DNA of 64,000 bases from Anthoceros angustus (taxonomy: Eukaryota; Plantae; Anthocerotophyta). The notes beneath the pieces are model-generated. The model ran no database searches, had not been told where the DNA came from, and saw only the letters and a list, made by a program, of their open reading frames with translations. The stretch lies in assembly GCA_010909165.1 (NCBI GenBank), contig MU008178.1:570369-634368 (forward strand), written 5' to 3'. A program made the position numbers and the translations under genes. Shown here in pieces: positions 36,001-47,350 of the stretch (its first letter is position 1; each line of letters opens with the position of its first letter).

Positions 36001-38450
36001 CCTCTCCTCCTGGGTTTTCATTACGGAACGTTCCACGGGGAAAGGGAAAGGGAAAGGGAAAACGGACTCCAGGGCGGAGACGAGAGCCAGAGAGGCAGAG
36101 AGGCAGAGAGGCAGAGAGGCAGAGAGCCCGACACCCTAGAAAGGTTGCGCTCCCGGTACGTCGACATGAAATTCTTTGCTATGCCGGGTGACGGTGACGT
36201 CGCTGCAGCGGCCACGTTGTGGCGTGGCGTGTGTGGAGCGGCGTGCGCGGGTTGATAAGGCAAAAGGCCCACAAGTCATCGCGCCAGGCCAGCTGACGGC
36301 CCCAGCCCCGGCCCGGCCCGGCCCGGGCCCCCACGCATTTCTTTTCTTTTATCATACTCAAATGGGGCATTAAACTAATGGAGGTGTGAGACATTAAACT
36401 AATGGATGCTTAGCGCAACACGCAAACGAAAATGGCAGCTGACGAAAAGCGGGGCAGTAGATGCAGATGCACAGGCACAGACAGTGTGTGATTTGACGAG
36501 AGAAAAGAGGGCCCGGCCGGGCAGTCTGCACAGCCCGGAGCCGGAGCCGGAGCCGGAGCCAGAGCCTGTTGTTGTTGCCTCTCCCTTGAGAAGCTTGCGA
36601 ATGGAGCCCGACTGTTTGGTTTCATGACACCAGTAACAAAAACAATGTAGACGCAGTATGACATCATGTGCGGAACGCAGGGTCCCAGGGACAAGAGGGG
36701 CGGGCAGTGATGGAGAAGCTTTATCATCACGCTGACACGTTCCTGCGCTCTCTGCTCGCCCTGCTCTGCTCGGCTCTGCGGGGATGGCTGCTGCATCTTT
36801 TTTTTCCCCATCTGTGGATTCTGCACTGCAGCGCTGCAACCCTGCAGTCCAGCAGTGCTATGCAATGCATATTCTGCTGCTGCTCGAGGCTGTGGCCGGA
36901 GCCGGACTCCGGAGAGCTGGAACTGGTGGGGTGCGGGACCCGGGACCCCGGACCCCGGTGGTGGCCTCCTGGGGACTGCAGCCGTCGCTTCTCTCCAGAT
37001 GGATTCGTGTGTTTCGTGCGACGCGCCAGCGCCCTGCGGCCCCTGCGGCCCCTGCGATCTGCGCTCTGCCCTCTGTCCTCTGCCCTCTGCCCTCTGTCCT
37101 CTGCCCTCTGCCCTCTGCCTTCTGGCCTCTGCCCTCTGCCCTCTCCCCTCTGCCCGCTGCCCTCTGCCCTCTGCATTATGCATCGCCACCTGCTCGCTGC
37201 TGCCGCGCACCTTCTCTCCCAACGGATGATGGAGAAGCACAGCAGGCTGCTGCCTGCTGCATGCTGCCTGGCGCCTGCCGCCTGCCGCCTGCATTGGGCC
37301 CGGACCGCGCGCCCCACCCGACCTCATCATCCATCAAATAATATCATCACCATCTTACGGGATGAAGAGCGGTATGATTCAGACCCGAACCGCAAAAACC
37401 TTAAACAACCACCAACAACGGGAAGGGAAGACGGTTAGGTACGCTACCGCAAAAGCGCGAGCAAGCACACCATATTTATCCACCGCGGCCCAATAGCGGC
37501 CTTCCGCAATCTTGCCTCCGAGATCGCCAACCCTCGCCCCATAAAACTCTTTAAACTATACAACGGTATGTCATGTCCGCCTAATAATTGCGCCGGAAAA
37601 TGCAGCATTCAATATTCTGGGAGCCAAGAACGCCCGCGCAAGCACAAAAGGGATGTTGCCTGCACCTGCACAGCCGGCTCGCTTTCCGACGCCACGGCCC
37701 ATGCTCGCCGAAGCTCATGAGGGTGGGACTCGGAGACTGGGAGTCGGAGTCGGAGTCGGAGTCGGAGTCGGCGTCGGCGTCCCGTCGGCGTCGGCGACTC
37801 GGCGTCCGCCCAACAGCAGCGACGAGAGCCACAACAGCCACACCCCCACAAACCTCCCCTCCACCTTGCAATGCTGGTGCATTTATTCCCACGGCCGTCC
37901 AACCCATTTCCTTGCTTTACACTGGGATTACACGCGCCTCCTTTATTACGCCCTACGCCTTCTCTCCCTCCCTAATTCCCTAATTCGGAACCCGAACCCG
38001 AAGCCGTTGAAGAGCGCGTTTCTCGATGCCGTCACAAATGCATGCACCTTCCTTCCCAAGAATGTACACACCCAATTCCTTCTGCAATCGACCTCGGCCC
38101 CATCTTGCAGGAAAGGAGAGGAAAGGAAAGGAAAGGAAAGGAAATGGAAAAGGAAAGGAAAGGCAAGGCAAGGGACTCGACGTCGACGCCCTCACGTCCG
38201 CTTGTCTGCGTCTGTGATTACAGCTTCACCCTCGGGGGTCCCAGTAATCAGGATATGGCAGCCCCTAATTACAATCAGATGCTCATCCCGTCCAGACAGC
38301 CCTGTCGTGTCTCCATGTCTCCACGATTGTGCCTTCCTTATGTCGCGGACCACGAAGATCCCGTAGGCTAGGAGCCCCATCCCGGCCTCCACGCTGTTAC
38401 GTGACCCACAGTCCGTAAACGGCAGGGCAGGGCAGGGCAGACAAATCCAC
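33060..38450. repeat. Microsatellite-dense region upstream of the ERF gene
   Basis: Dozens of short arrays of 5-8-nt units, including GGAAAG, GCAGA, GCTCCC, TTGCCCGC, GGCCCAG, CCAGTA, GAGGCAGA, CCGGAG, CTCTGCC, GAGTCG and GGAAA. Confidence 0.85.
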
Positions 38451-39189
38451 CCCATCATGTGCTAATCATGTTCTTCTTGAGTGTGCATTACTGGGAAGGA
38501 CCTACTAAAGATATTCCCACGTCCAATGGGGATACGACAAGCCTGGATGACGGGAAGCCATCGCCAACACAGACACTGCTCCGCTACGCGTGCACTTGTC
38601 ATTTGTTTGTATCTGCATCGGCAGACCTGCGCATAGTCCAGGGGGTACCAACATCTCCTACAGTGCCTATCTCCCACCGCTGGGCTGCTCTTCCCCACAT
38701 CCTACAAGGACCTACAAGGAGGGGTTTGCTGCCTCATCATCGCTCGTCTAACAATCGGCCCATCTATCTTCTTTTACATGACTGGGGCTTCGTCTAAGAA
38801 CTACTGTAACTCAGGCATCCGAATCTCGCCATATGGCATTGCCCCCGGATCTGGATTCCTAGAGCGCAACACTCCCGACATAGGACACTCCACCCACACT
38901 GCTCGTTGTGCTCATTTCATGCACCCAGCTAGTAGTAGGTGGGGGCGGGAATCACAATCACGCGGACGCTAACTGTGACCTGACTCCCTGACCCGACCCC
39001 ACGATGCATCCACCTCACTCTGACCCGGTCCACCAAAACACGTCTAAGCTTTCTCCTCCTACTAAGCATCTTCAATGGCATCTACACTACCAGGAACAAA
39101 AAATATTCATTCCCCACCCATCGCCTTGGGCAACAACCGGACAAGTGCAAGGACAAATAACTGTGCAACCTACACAGCCGCTTGACTCC

Positions 39190-40878
39190 TCAAGCCTTGT
39201 GAGGCCGGCCGCCCAACCTGCCTGGGAGCTTGCTCATCACAAGCTCCAAGTAATTGCTCAACTCTTCCACGGCAACCCTCACCGAGTTGTCGATTTCCTC
39301 TTCGTACTGCTCGTACACGTAAGGGACACTGAATGCAGCCACAGTGGCAAAAGCTGATAGGGACCTCACTGAGAACCGCCCCAGGTGGTGCACTACCCGA
39401 AGAAACAGCACCACCTTCAGCAGCAGAGACGGCTGCCTTTCTTGCACTAGCCTGGTGAGCAAGTGTGTGCTCCAGTTCCACCCTGACCCTAAGCACACGG
39501 CTGCACTTCTCAAGGCCTCTTCAGGGAGTTGAATGGGAGTGCTTGGGAATTTTGGCAGCCTCTTCCCCACCAAATTTGCCGGAATCATGGTGTAGAGGAA
39601 GGTGGTCACGATGCTCAGCAGCAACGCTTTGGCTACCAAGGTCACCAGGCTGTAAGCACGGATGAAGAGGAAGTAGTAGACCAGGGCCGTCAGGAATAGG
39701 TAAGCCGCAGTCTGCTTTGCGTCTCTCCAAAGCAGCACATCCGCCAGCTGCCCAGTGCCCAGGACGGCAGACACCTTGGATGGCCCCACGCTCCGTGGTT
39801 TCACCACCACCTCCTTCCTTAGGTGGCTATACGATTCCACAGTCCGCTTGATGGCCTCGTCCAAAGACACCACCGGAGCGTAACCCAGAAGCTTCTCAGC
39901 CCTGGAGATGTTGAAAGTGCGGTAGGATGACACCGTCCGCATCCGAGCAGGAGTGAACTGCCCAGGGCTGCTTCCCACTTTGCCGCTCACCCACTCCACG
40001 GCATAGGAAAGGGGCAGCACCACCTTGATGGGCAGCTTGTACTTGGGCCTGTCGTAGCCCAGCCCTTCCAAAATTCTGCCGATGAACTCCCAGAACTTGA
40101 TGGGCTCCTTGTTGGTGATGAAGTAGGCCTTGCCGCCTGCAGCATCCTCCCCTTCCACAGGAGCGCCGGGGCGGCCCAGGGCTCGCTCTGCGCACAGGTG
40201 GGCGTGAGCTACATTCTCCACATATGTCCAATCGAACACGTTCTCCCCATCGCCTATGATGAATTTGGTCTTCCCTCGCCTGGCAGCTGCAACGGTTGCA
40301 GGCACGAACAGCCGGTCCCCTGGCCCGAAGATGCCGCTAGGTCGGATGGCGCATGTGAGCAGCCCTTTCTTGCCGTTGGCGCTGAGCACCAGCTGCTCCC
40401 CCTGAGCCTTGGTCTCCGAATAGGCGTCGTTGTGCTGGAGAGGGTAAGGAGCAGACTCGTCTGCGTTCCTGAAGGAGGTGAAGCCATCGAACACGACGCT
40501 GGGGGAGCTCGTGTATATCAACTTCTTCACGCCGTGCTCAAGGCACGCGTCCACCACATTCTTGGTCCCCGTCACGCTCACGGAATGGTGCAGCGTGAAG
40601 TCGTTGATGGAAGAATCCGGAGCCGCCATGTGAAACACCACATGCACCCCCTGCAATGCCGCCAGAACCTGCTCCCTGTCCCGCAGATCTGCCGACACGT
40701 ATTCCGCCTCCCCCGACGCCACAGCCTTGGCCAGCACCTTCTCATCGTCGCCCAGCACGATCGTGGGACCCAAATCCAGGATCCTCACCACCCACGTCCC
40801 CTGCTGCAGCAACTTCAGCACCAGATGCCGCGCGGCAAATCCTCGCCCGCCCGTCACCGCGCACACCCGCTTCGCCAT
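39190..40878 (-). CDS. 3beta-hydroxysteroid dehydrogenase/C4-decarboxylase with C-terminal reticulon domain; intronless
   Basis: VTGGRGFAARHLV, YTSSPSVVFDG, YSETK (YxxxK), IRPSGIFGPGD and DWTYVENVAHAH, followed by the reticulon segment ADVLLWRD..VPYVYEQYEEEID. Confidence 0.95.
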   Translation of the reverse strand: MAKRVCAVTGGRGFAARHLVLKLLQQGTWVVRILDLGPTIVLGDDEKVLAKAVASGEAEYVSADLRDREQVLAALQGVHVVFHMAAPDSSINDFTLHHSVSVTGTKNVVDACLEHGVKKLIYTSSPSVVFDGFTSFRNADESAPYPLQHNDAYSETKAQGEQLVLSANGKKGLLTCAIRPSGIFGPGDRLFVPATVAAARRGKTKFIIGDGENVFDWTYVENVAHAHLCAERALGRPGAPVEGEDAAGGKAYFITNKEPIKFWEFIGRILEGLGYDRPKYKLPIKVVLPLSYAVEWVSGKVGSSPGQFTPARMRTVSSYRTFNISRAEKLLGYAPVVSLDEAIKRTVESYSHLRKEVVVKPRSVGPSKVSAVLGTGQLADVLLWRDAKQTAAYLFLTALVYYFLFIRAYSLVTLVAKALLLSIVTTFLYTMIPANLVGKRLPKFPSTPIQLPEEALRSAAVCLGSGWNWSTHLLTRLVQERQPSLLLKVVLFLRVVHHLGRFSVRSLSAFATVAAFSVPYVYEQYEEEIDNSVRVAVEELSNYLELVMSKLPGRLGGRPHKA

Positions 40879-41269
40879 TGCTCACTCTCCGCTCCCAGCT
40901 CTGGCACACAGGGCAAAGAAACCTCGCTTTGTCAGTGACTCTCGACTGCCATGACTCCTCACATTCCACAACGATCTGCGGCCAGGGTTAGCACAAACCT
41001 CGAAAGAGCTGATGTCGTCCACCTGACGATCCTGATTCCTGCGCGACTGCAGCTTCGCTCGAAGGTGATTTTCTTGGCCCGCCATAGCTTCAAATGTGCT
41101 GCCATCCATAAACCTAAGTACCACCCTACAAACAGTTGGCAGCCGCTCCACGTCCCGTGATTTGCAACCGGCGCGTGAAGTTCGATTCACCGTTAAGTGG
41201 GCTCATCAACGCCCGAGATTACAGCCACGACGGCTGACGCGCCTGGGCAAACGCTAACAAAGCTAGAAT

Positions 41270-43327
41270 TTACTTCCGTCCACCTTGCTGTTTGTAGGCG
41301 GCCAGGGCAGAGTATACCGAGGCCAACTGCTCTGCAGTGTAGCTGGTTCGACAACCAGGCAAATGCTTTGAGGCCTGCGAGCGATCGAAATAAAAACCGC
41401 CGGGTTGCAGTTTTGAATTTGGCTGCAGAGCCAGCCATACAAGAGTGTCAGCACCTTGCTCCGGGGTTCGGATGCGATCAGCCAGCCTGCAGACATGCAC
41501 AACCAGGATTAGGCGCCATGGCACTTGATGAATTTACAGAAGGTACTCCGCTGTCGCTACCTTCTTCTGAAATCTGGCATGTGCTGCTGCACCAGGTTGG
41601 TGTCTGCCCAACCAGGATGTGCAGAGTAGAATCCAATGCCCTCGGAACCGTACACCTCGCTCCATTTCTCAGCTAAAGCCACCTGAAGCACAGTTGGCAA
41701 GACATGAGATGCACCCAGATCGTGCAGGCAAGCTACCAGCACAAATGGACGTTGTGAGTAAGTTCTTAGAGGATAACAACCTGCACTCGCTTGTTTCGCG
41801 CGTATGCTTCTAGTCCGTCGAATTTACCTTCCTCAAACTGCAATCCACACTCGCCTCAGTAGGAACAGAGGGCAGGAAACCATGTGCCCAGCACGCTATC
41901 CGAAGGACGGGGGGGAGGTCTCACCTGCAAGTCCTGATAAAGAGGCTGCGAGTACATCCCTCCAGAGCTGACTGTTATTACTCTTGCTTCTGGGGCAGCC
42001 TTCTCAAGGGCTGGAATCAGTGATTCTGTGAGAACGAACACCGCAGCCACATTCACAGCGAAGTTGACCTCTAATCTGGGTAGACATAGGGATGTGACGA
42101 AGGTCAGCTGGATGTCAAGCTCTGTGCGAACGAACATCTCGTTCTAACAACAGCAGAACTAAGCTGGGTGTACTACGCTGCCCTCAAGCATCCACAACCT
42201 ACCCTTCATCGGTCACCGCCCGGGTGGTACTTCCTCCAGTGCCGGCATTGTTCACCTGGTTTTCAGAACCAGGACGGACATTGGTTAGGACACTGGCCAC
42301 ATCTGCACTAAGACAAGTTTCCTTAAGTGGAAAGAATCCAGCAACGAGGAGCCCTTTGCTACGGCCAGACAATGCATTCTACTTCTTAACTGCAAGTCAT
42401 GATGTACCAACACATGCAGAGGTTGCCCACTGGAGGAATAGCGGGAAGCAAATGCCTTGACCTCCTCCACCAAAGAGAGATCACATATCTGAGACACCAC
42501 CAGCCAAGGTCTTTGCTGCTGGTCAGGTAAAGTAGCTCATGAAAATAAATTTTTGTGCATAAAACGGCGAGAAAGCAACCATTCTTGCAGAGATGTGTAC
42601 CTCAAGATAAGCAGAGGTAGTACCCGTGCTCGCTCTAAGATCTTCTAAAGCCTTCTCTCCTCTCTCCTTATTTCGACAGACAAGGCACACAGTTGCTCCC
42701 CTGATACCAGCAACCCAACTCCAGATAAGGGTGGCTCTTTGGAAGCATAAACAAGCCTTCCACTGGCCACAAAATATGTACAGCAGAACAGGCAGACCTT
42801 CACTCACCGTGCTGCAAGTGCTTTTGCAGTTTCCAGCCCAAGGCCGGAATTAGCACCAGTTATCACGCAGTTCTTCCCCGTCATGTCAACCCGAACATCG
42901 GACTCTTTGAAATTCTTCGCGTGCTCCCTGCACAGAGCACCGACAACTTACTGGATTCTCGCACATGAGAGTCACAAACACCCTTACAAAAATGTTTCCA
43001 CTGACACTCAGCAGGCTCATTTGACACCCATGTACCAGAAGACAACAAATGAGTACTGCTGAAAGAGATTTGTCTGTCGGTCTCCTCAGGAATTGTGCTT
43101 ACAGAAATGCCTGACGCGTGAAGTTGAAATAGCCGTAGGCAAAAAAAGCAGCAGCCCTGAAAGCCTGTAATCTCCTCAGCCAAGTCACCAAGGAGAGGAC
43201 ACATAACGCACAGATCACACCTAGCATCTGTCAGGTGATGTACAGCAACATATCTCAGAGCTGCAACCTAGCTGAGACAAGTGCAACACGATAACACCCA
43301 AGACGGGGGAGTATGACATACCTGCAT
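41270..43327 (-). CDS. Short-chain dehydrogenase/reductase, DHRS12-like; multi-exon
   Basis: CVITGANSGLG, VNNAG, VITVSSGGMY, AYARNKR (YxxxK), HPGWADT and EQGADT. The proposed 5' join (MQ|AFR..) needs a 1-nt correction near 43156-43159, so the start is approximate. Confidence 0.85.
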
Positions 43328-44196
43328 TTTGAATCACATGCATCCGCGTACCCCCTCCTCCAGCTTAACCTCTGAGTTGAGTGGCACCGCCTCCGCCAAA
43401 CACTAAACCTCTCAGACAGGTGGCATCACCGTCCGTAGTAGCGCTGCATTGGGTAGAAGTGCAAACCGTATAAGCTTGTGAAACTGACAACACCTCTCCA
43501 CGGATCAGCCGCACGCCAAGTGCCAAGAAGATTCGCGGTTGCCATAAGGAGGACATCAGCAATGACCCGATAGGCAAGCTGAAACTTTCCCGGGACCATC
43601 TGAAACCCGAGATAAATGCGACAGTGTCCCACGGAGCACCGAGATTGGAGCAAAGCTGACCTGATGTTGGGCAATGGGAAGCTTCCCAGTGCCCATCGAG
43701 CTCGAAAGCGTCTCCCTAGCTCCTCCAGGAAATCTGCCCCAATGGCGATTAGAGACAAGGATCACTGCCGTGGCAAGTATCCAGATATTTCTCGGGTTTC
43801 GAGATATGTGGCGGAAGTTAAACTTACGATCCGGCCGGTACAGCAATGATGGCGGGCCAACGCAGAAGGTTCAGTGCGGGACTCGCCTTGGCAAATTCAT
43901 GAATCTCATGGTGGCCCCGAGTTAGCGAATTTGTGCTGGGTACGTTTCCGAAATTGCCGAAATAGTGTTCGGTTCGTGTCTTCGCAGGAAAGATCCCACT
44001 CGTCCATCTAGACTACATATTCGGGAAACACCTTCTTCTGGTAACCTAAAGTGGGTGCGTGTCCTTCGCTCCCGCCTTGTGTCCACCTTTGCGAAGAACT
44101 TCTCCACGCGCCTTTTCAGGGTTTCGTGCTGCTACCGCTGCCGCTGCAGATCGAGACCTGCCCCAGGCCCTGCTTGCTGATCGGACACCAGGCGAC

Positions 44197-44761
44197 ATGG
44201 CGGAGAACGTGATCGCTATCCACGACGTGGAAGCCTTCCAGAGCAGGTTGAAGGAAGCGGCTACACACGGCAAAGTGGTGAGCAGCTAGCTCTAAAAGAT
44301 TGTGTTGTGGTTGGGGTTGTTGCTCTGCGGATGTAGCCAGTGGTCGGTGCTGTGAAGGAAGGTCGCTACCTGTGCTGCCCGAGCTGGATGCGCCACGCTG
44401 GGGCTGACTGCCGATGGTTTGAGTTTTGCAGATCGTGGTTGATTTCACCGCCACATGGTGCGGGCCGTGCAAGTTCATGGCCCCGCACTTCGCTGAGCTC
44501 TCGAAGAAGTATCCGGAACTCATCTTCTTGAAGGTCGATGTGGATGAGCTGCCAGCTATCACATCGAAATGGGAGGTGCAGGCCATGCCTACTTTTGTCT
44601 TCATCAAAGATCACAAGGAGGTTGACAAGCTGGTCGGCGCAAGCAAAGATCTCTTGGAGAGGAAAGTAAAGAATTTCGCTGAGCAGTATAAGTTGAGTCA
44701 CAATTCTTCTCCAGCGCCTGCTGGGCATGCTGCGCCCGGTTCCCACCTAGCTCACGCCTAG
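44197..44761 (+). CDS. Thioredoxin h; 2 exons (44197-44277, 44432-44761)
   Basis: IVVDFTATWCGPCK active site, FLKVDVDE and VQAMPTF. The GT-AG intron splices in frame. Confidence 0.95.
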
Positions 44762-47350
44762 CTCACGCAGGTGTCCAAGGTTGGTCTCGTAATTTGGGAA
44801 GGACAAGGCACTGGGTCGGTGGTTTGTATATACATATGGCTGCCAGGAAAGGTTGACCGTTTCTCGTTTTGCGCTCAGCTAGTAAGTGTGGCGTGCACGC
44901 CGATGAATAAGGATGTACAAGTTCGTTCTTTTTAGTCCCATCCATTTCCTGGATATATTGTGGGGAAAAGTTTTAGTCTGCAGGACGGTAAGTGTTTGAA
45001 GCGTCGGCTTTCCCCCTCCTCGGCTACATTATTGGTTGGCTGTTTCGAAGCATTCGTCCTTCCAGTTCTTTGTTGTAACGACGCGGAGCGTAAGCGCGGG
45101 TTCGATGTACTGGCTTTTTTTTGGTCTTTCTCCCACAGGCTTTGAACAGCCCAACAGCCTGAGTCTTGGTCTTCAGTTTAATGTATGGATGTACTTTAGC
45201 CTTTTTCAAGGTTACTATGTGTTGGACTAGATACTCTCGAAAAGTTTGCAGTATTTTGTAGTCCTGTTGATATTGTAGGAGCTACCGGCTTTGGACACCC
45301 TAATGTCGAATGAATAATTCTTAGAAGAAAGAAATGTCAATCTCTTAAGTTCATAAAGTTTAATAAAATGTATATAAATTTTATATTTCGATAATGTATT
45401 TAATAGACAGGATAATATACCTTCCTATGTAATTCTTGTATAACTCACAAGTTATTATTATAATTGGGCTGTACATGCATAAACTGTTTCAGAGTAATTG
45501 GGCTGTACATGCATAAACTGTTTCAGTCTTGTGCCAAAGCTTACCATGCTGTGAGCATAGTGTGGCTGTCCCTTTTGTACTTCACAAGATACTCCGGCGG
45601 TTTCTATTGCTCTTCAACGGCGCTCTCAACGGCGATTCTCCATAAGGCGGCGGCGGTGGGTGATGCCTTTTCCTCTTCCTCTGGTTTGCAGGCCGTTTAT
45701 TCTACGCATATGACATTGTGGGTGCTTGGTCACTTTAGGTAGGGAGCTCAGTTGCTCCTCTTCACTCCGACCCCCGGGTCCCCATTTGTTGTCCCTTCCT
45801 AGATGGTCTCTTTCCATCGTTCTTTCACCTCAATAAATCATCTCTTTCAGAGTACGAAAATATTGACAGAAAATATTGACAGCCGAAGGCTAACCCGCAC
45901 CCTAGGGATGCTAGTGCTCAGCCCAAGGCTAACCCACACCCTTACCGGGATGCTGCTGTTGGAAACTACCATGGAAACCCTAGGGATGCTACTGCTGCTA
46001 TTGCATGTTATGCCGCCTCTCCCACTCTAGCAGCCCGATCTACAACAAAGCCTGCAAATCTTTGCAGCAACAGCAGCTGCTGCTACTAATGACTGTTTAT
46101 TAGTAGCAGCTGCTCTATGTAATTTAAATCTCTGCAGCGCTGGAGCTGAACAAAGATTGGACCCCTCAAGGGATTGAATCCAATCCCGCTATGCGACCGG
46201 GAGATTGGATCCCAGTGGAGGTGTGCACTCTCCCCCTCCTCGCACGGAGGTGTGCTCTCCCCTACTCTTCGCGACCAAAGTGTGTGCACACCGTCATGTT
46301 TTCAGCACTTACCATTTTGCATTTTTTTAGTTTTCAACCACTCATTTCAATATCTTTAAAAAATTCAACATTTGCTATAATTAATTAATTTTCATCGAAA
46401 ACCGTTGGTTCCTACAATGGTACTTAAAGTTACCCCCTATTGAAGTCACGTAGGACTGTGCCACTTTTGGAGGTGATGAAATTCATATGTATTAGCAATT
46501 CTGTACTAAATATATGCAAGACCTTCAAACAGGAATCTTGCACGTTGGGCTGCACACAGACAGTTGGATTAACCTATCAGGCAATTCTTTCTGCAGGCCC
46601 GAAAATGAACATTGTGAAGGAAAATTGGATGGTTACCACTACATTCAAAATAATTCAGCAATATTTGTCAGCTACCCTCAGGTCGGATGCATGTGCTTCT
46701 ACCTGGCCCGACCCTAACACTTTCCTATTCAAGCCGAACTCACAAACTAAGACTCGTCTAACAACACTGACACTAGCTGCTGCAACTCAACAGCTCGCTC
46801 AAGCAAACGAACTACTTGCCTTGAAAATATCCAATTTGGGCGTTGTCAAGCGGACAAGTCGTAAACGAACAGCCAAGACGAACTAGAAAATGGCAAATAT
46901 TTCATCAATAGTTGGTATATGTAGTTCTCTTCTTTGGGGTTTTTTTTCTGGCCCCTCCATCGAAAGAATCGTGGTTTGTAGCTTACAGTGATAGCTTCTA
47001 AATGTGATTATTTGCAATCAACGTCACTTATACCTCCGGTCTTTTTGAGTTTTCCACAAATCCTTGCGGAAGATACTAACTCTTTCGTAAGCTTTCAGAA
47101 AGTGTCATGCCATGTGGCACTAATATAATCTAAGCGCTTGGGTTTAGTGATTGATTAGTGTTCATTAATGTAATTGATTATCTTTTCGTAAATAATTAGT
47201 ATTAATTAATCCACATACTTATGTTAATTAAGCCTTGGTTAGTGTTAATTAAACATCGTTTGCAATAGCTAAGTGGATAAGCACAAGTAATATGCTTTAG
47301 GATATTCCTTGCATATTATAGGGCATTCTTAGGATATTTCTAGCATATGC

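Noticed and set aside
32990-38366. Many long ORFs (450, 306, 256 and 237 aa) upstream of the ERF gene
   Set aside because: They are open on both strands because GC-rich microsatellites lack stop codons, and the translations are low-complexity with no domain.
39190-44761. 3betaHSD/D, SDR and Trx h as a biosynthetic gene cluster
   Set aside because: All three are widespread housekeeping families, and no scaffold-forming enzyme lies nearby.
45300-47350. 148-aa ORF (46440-46886), short direct repeats and a hairpin (~46070-46113) as a gene or defined TE
   Set aside because: No recognisable domain, TIR or TSD. Likely TE debris that I cannot classify.
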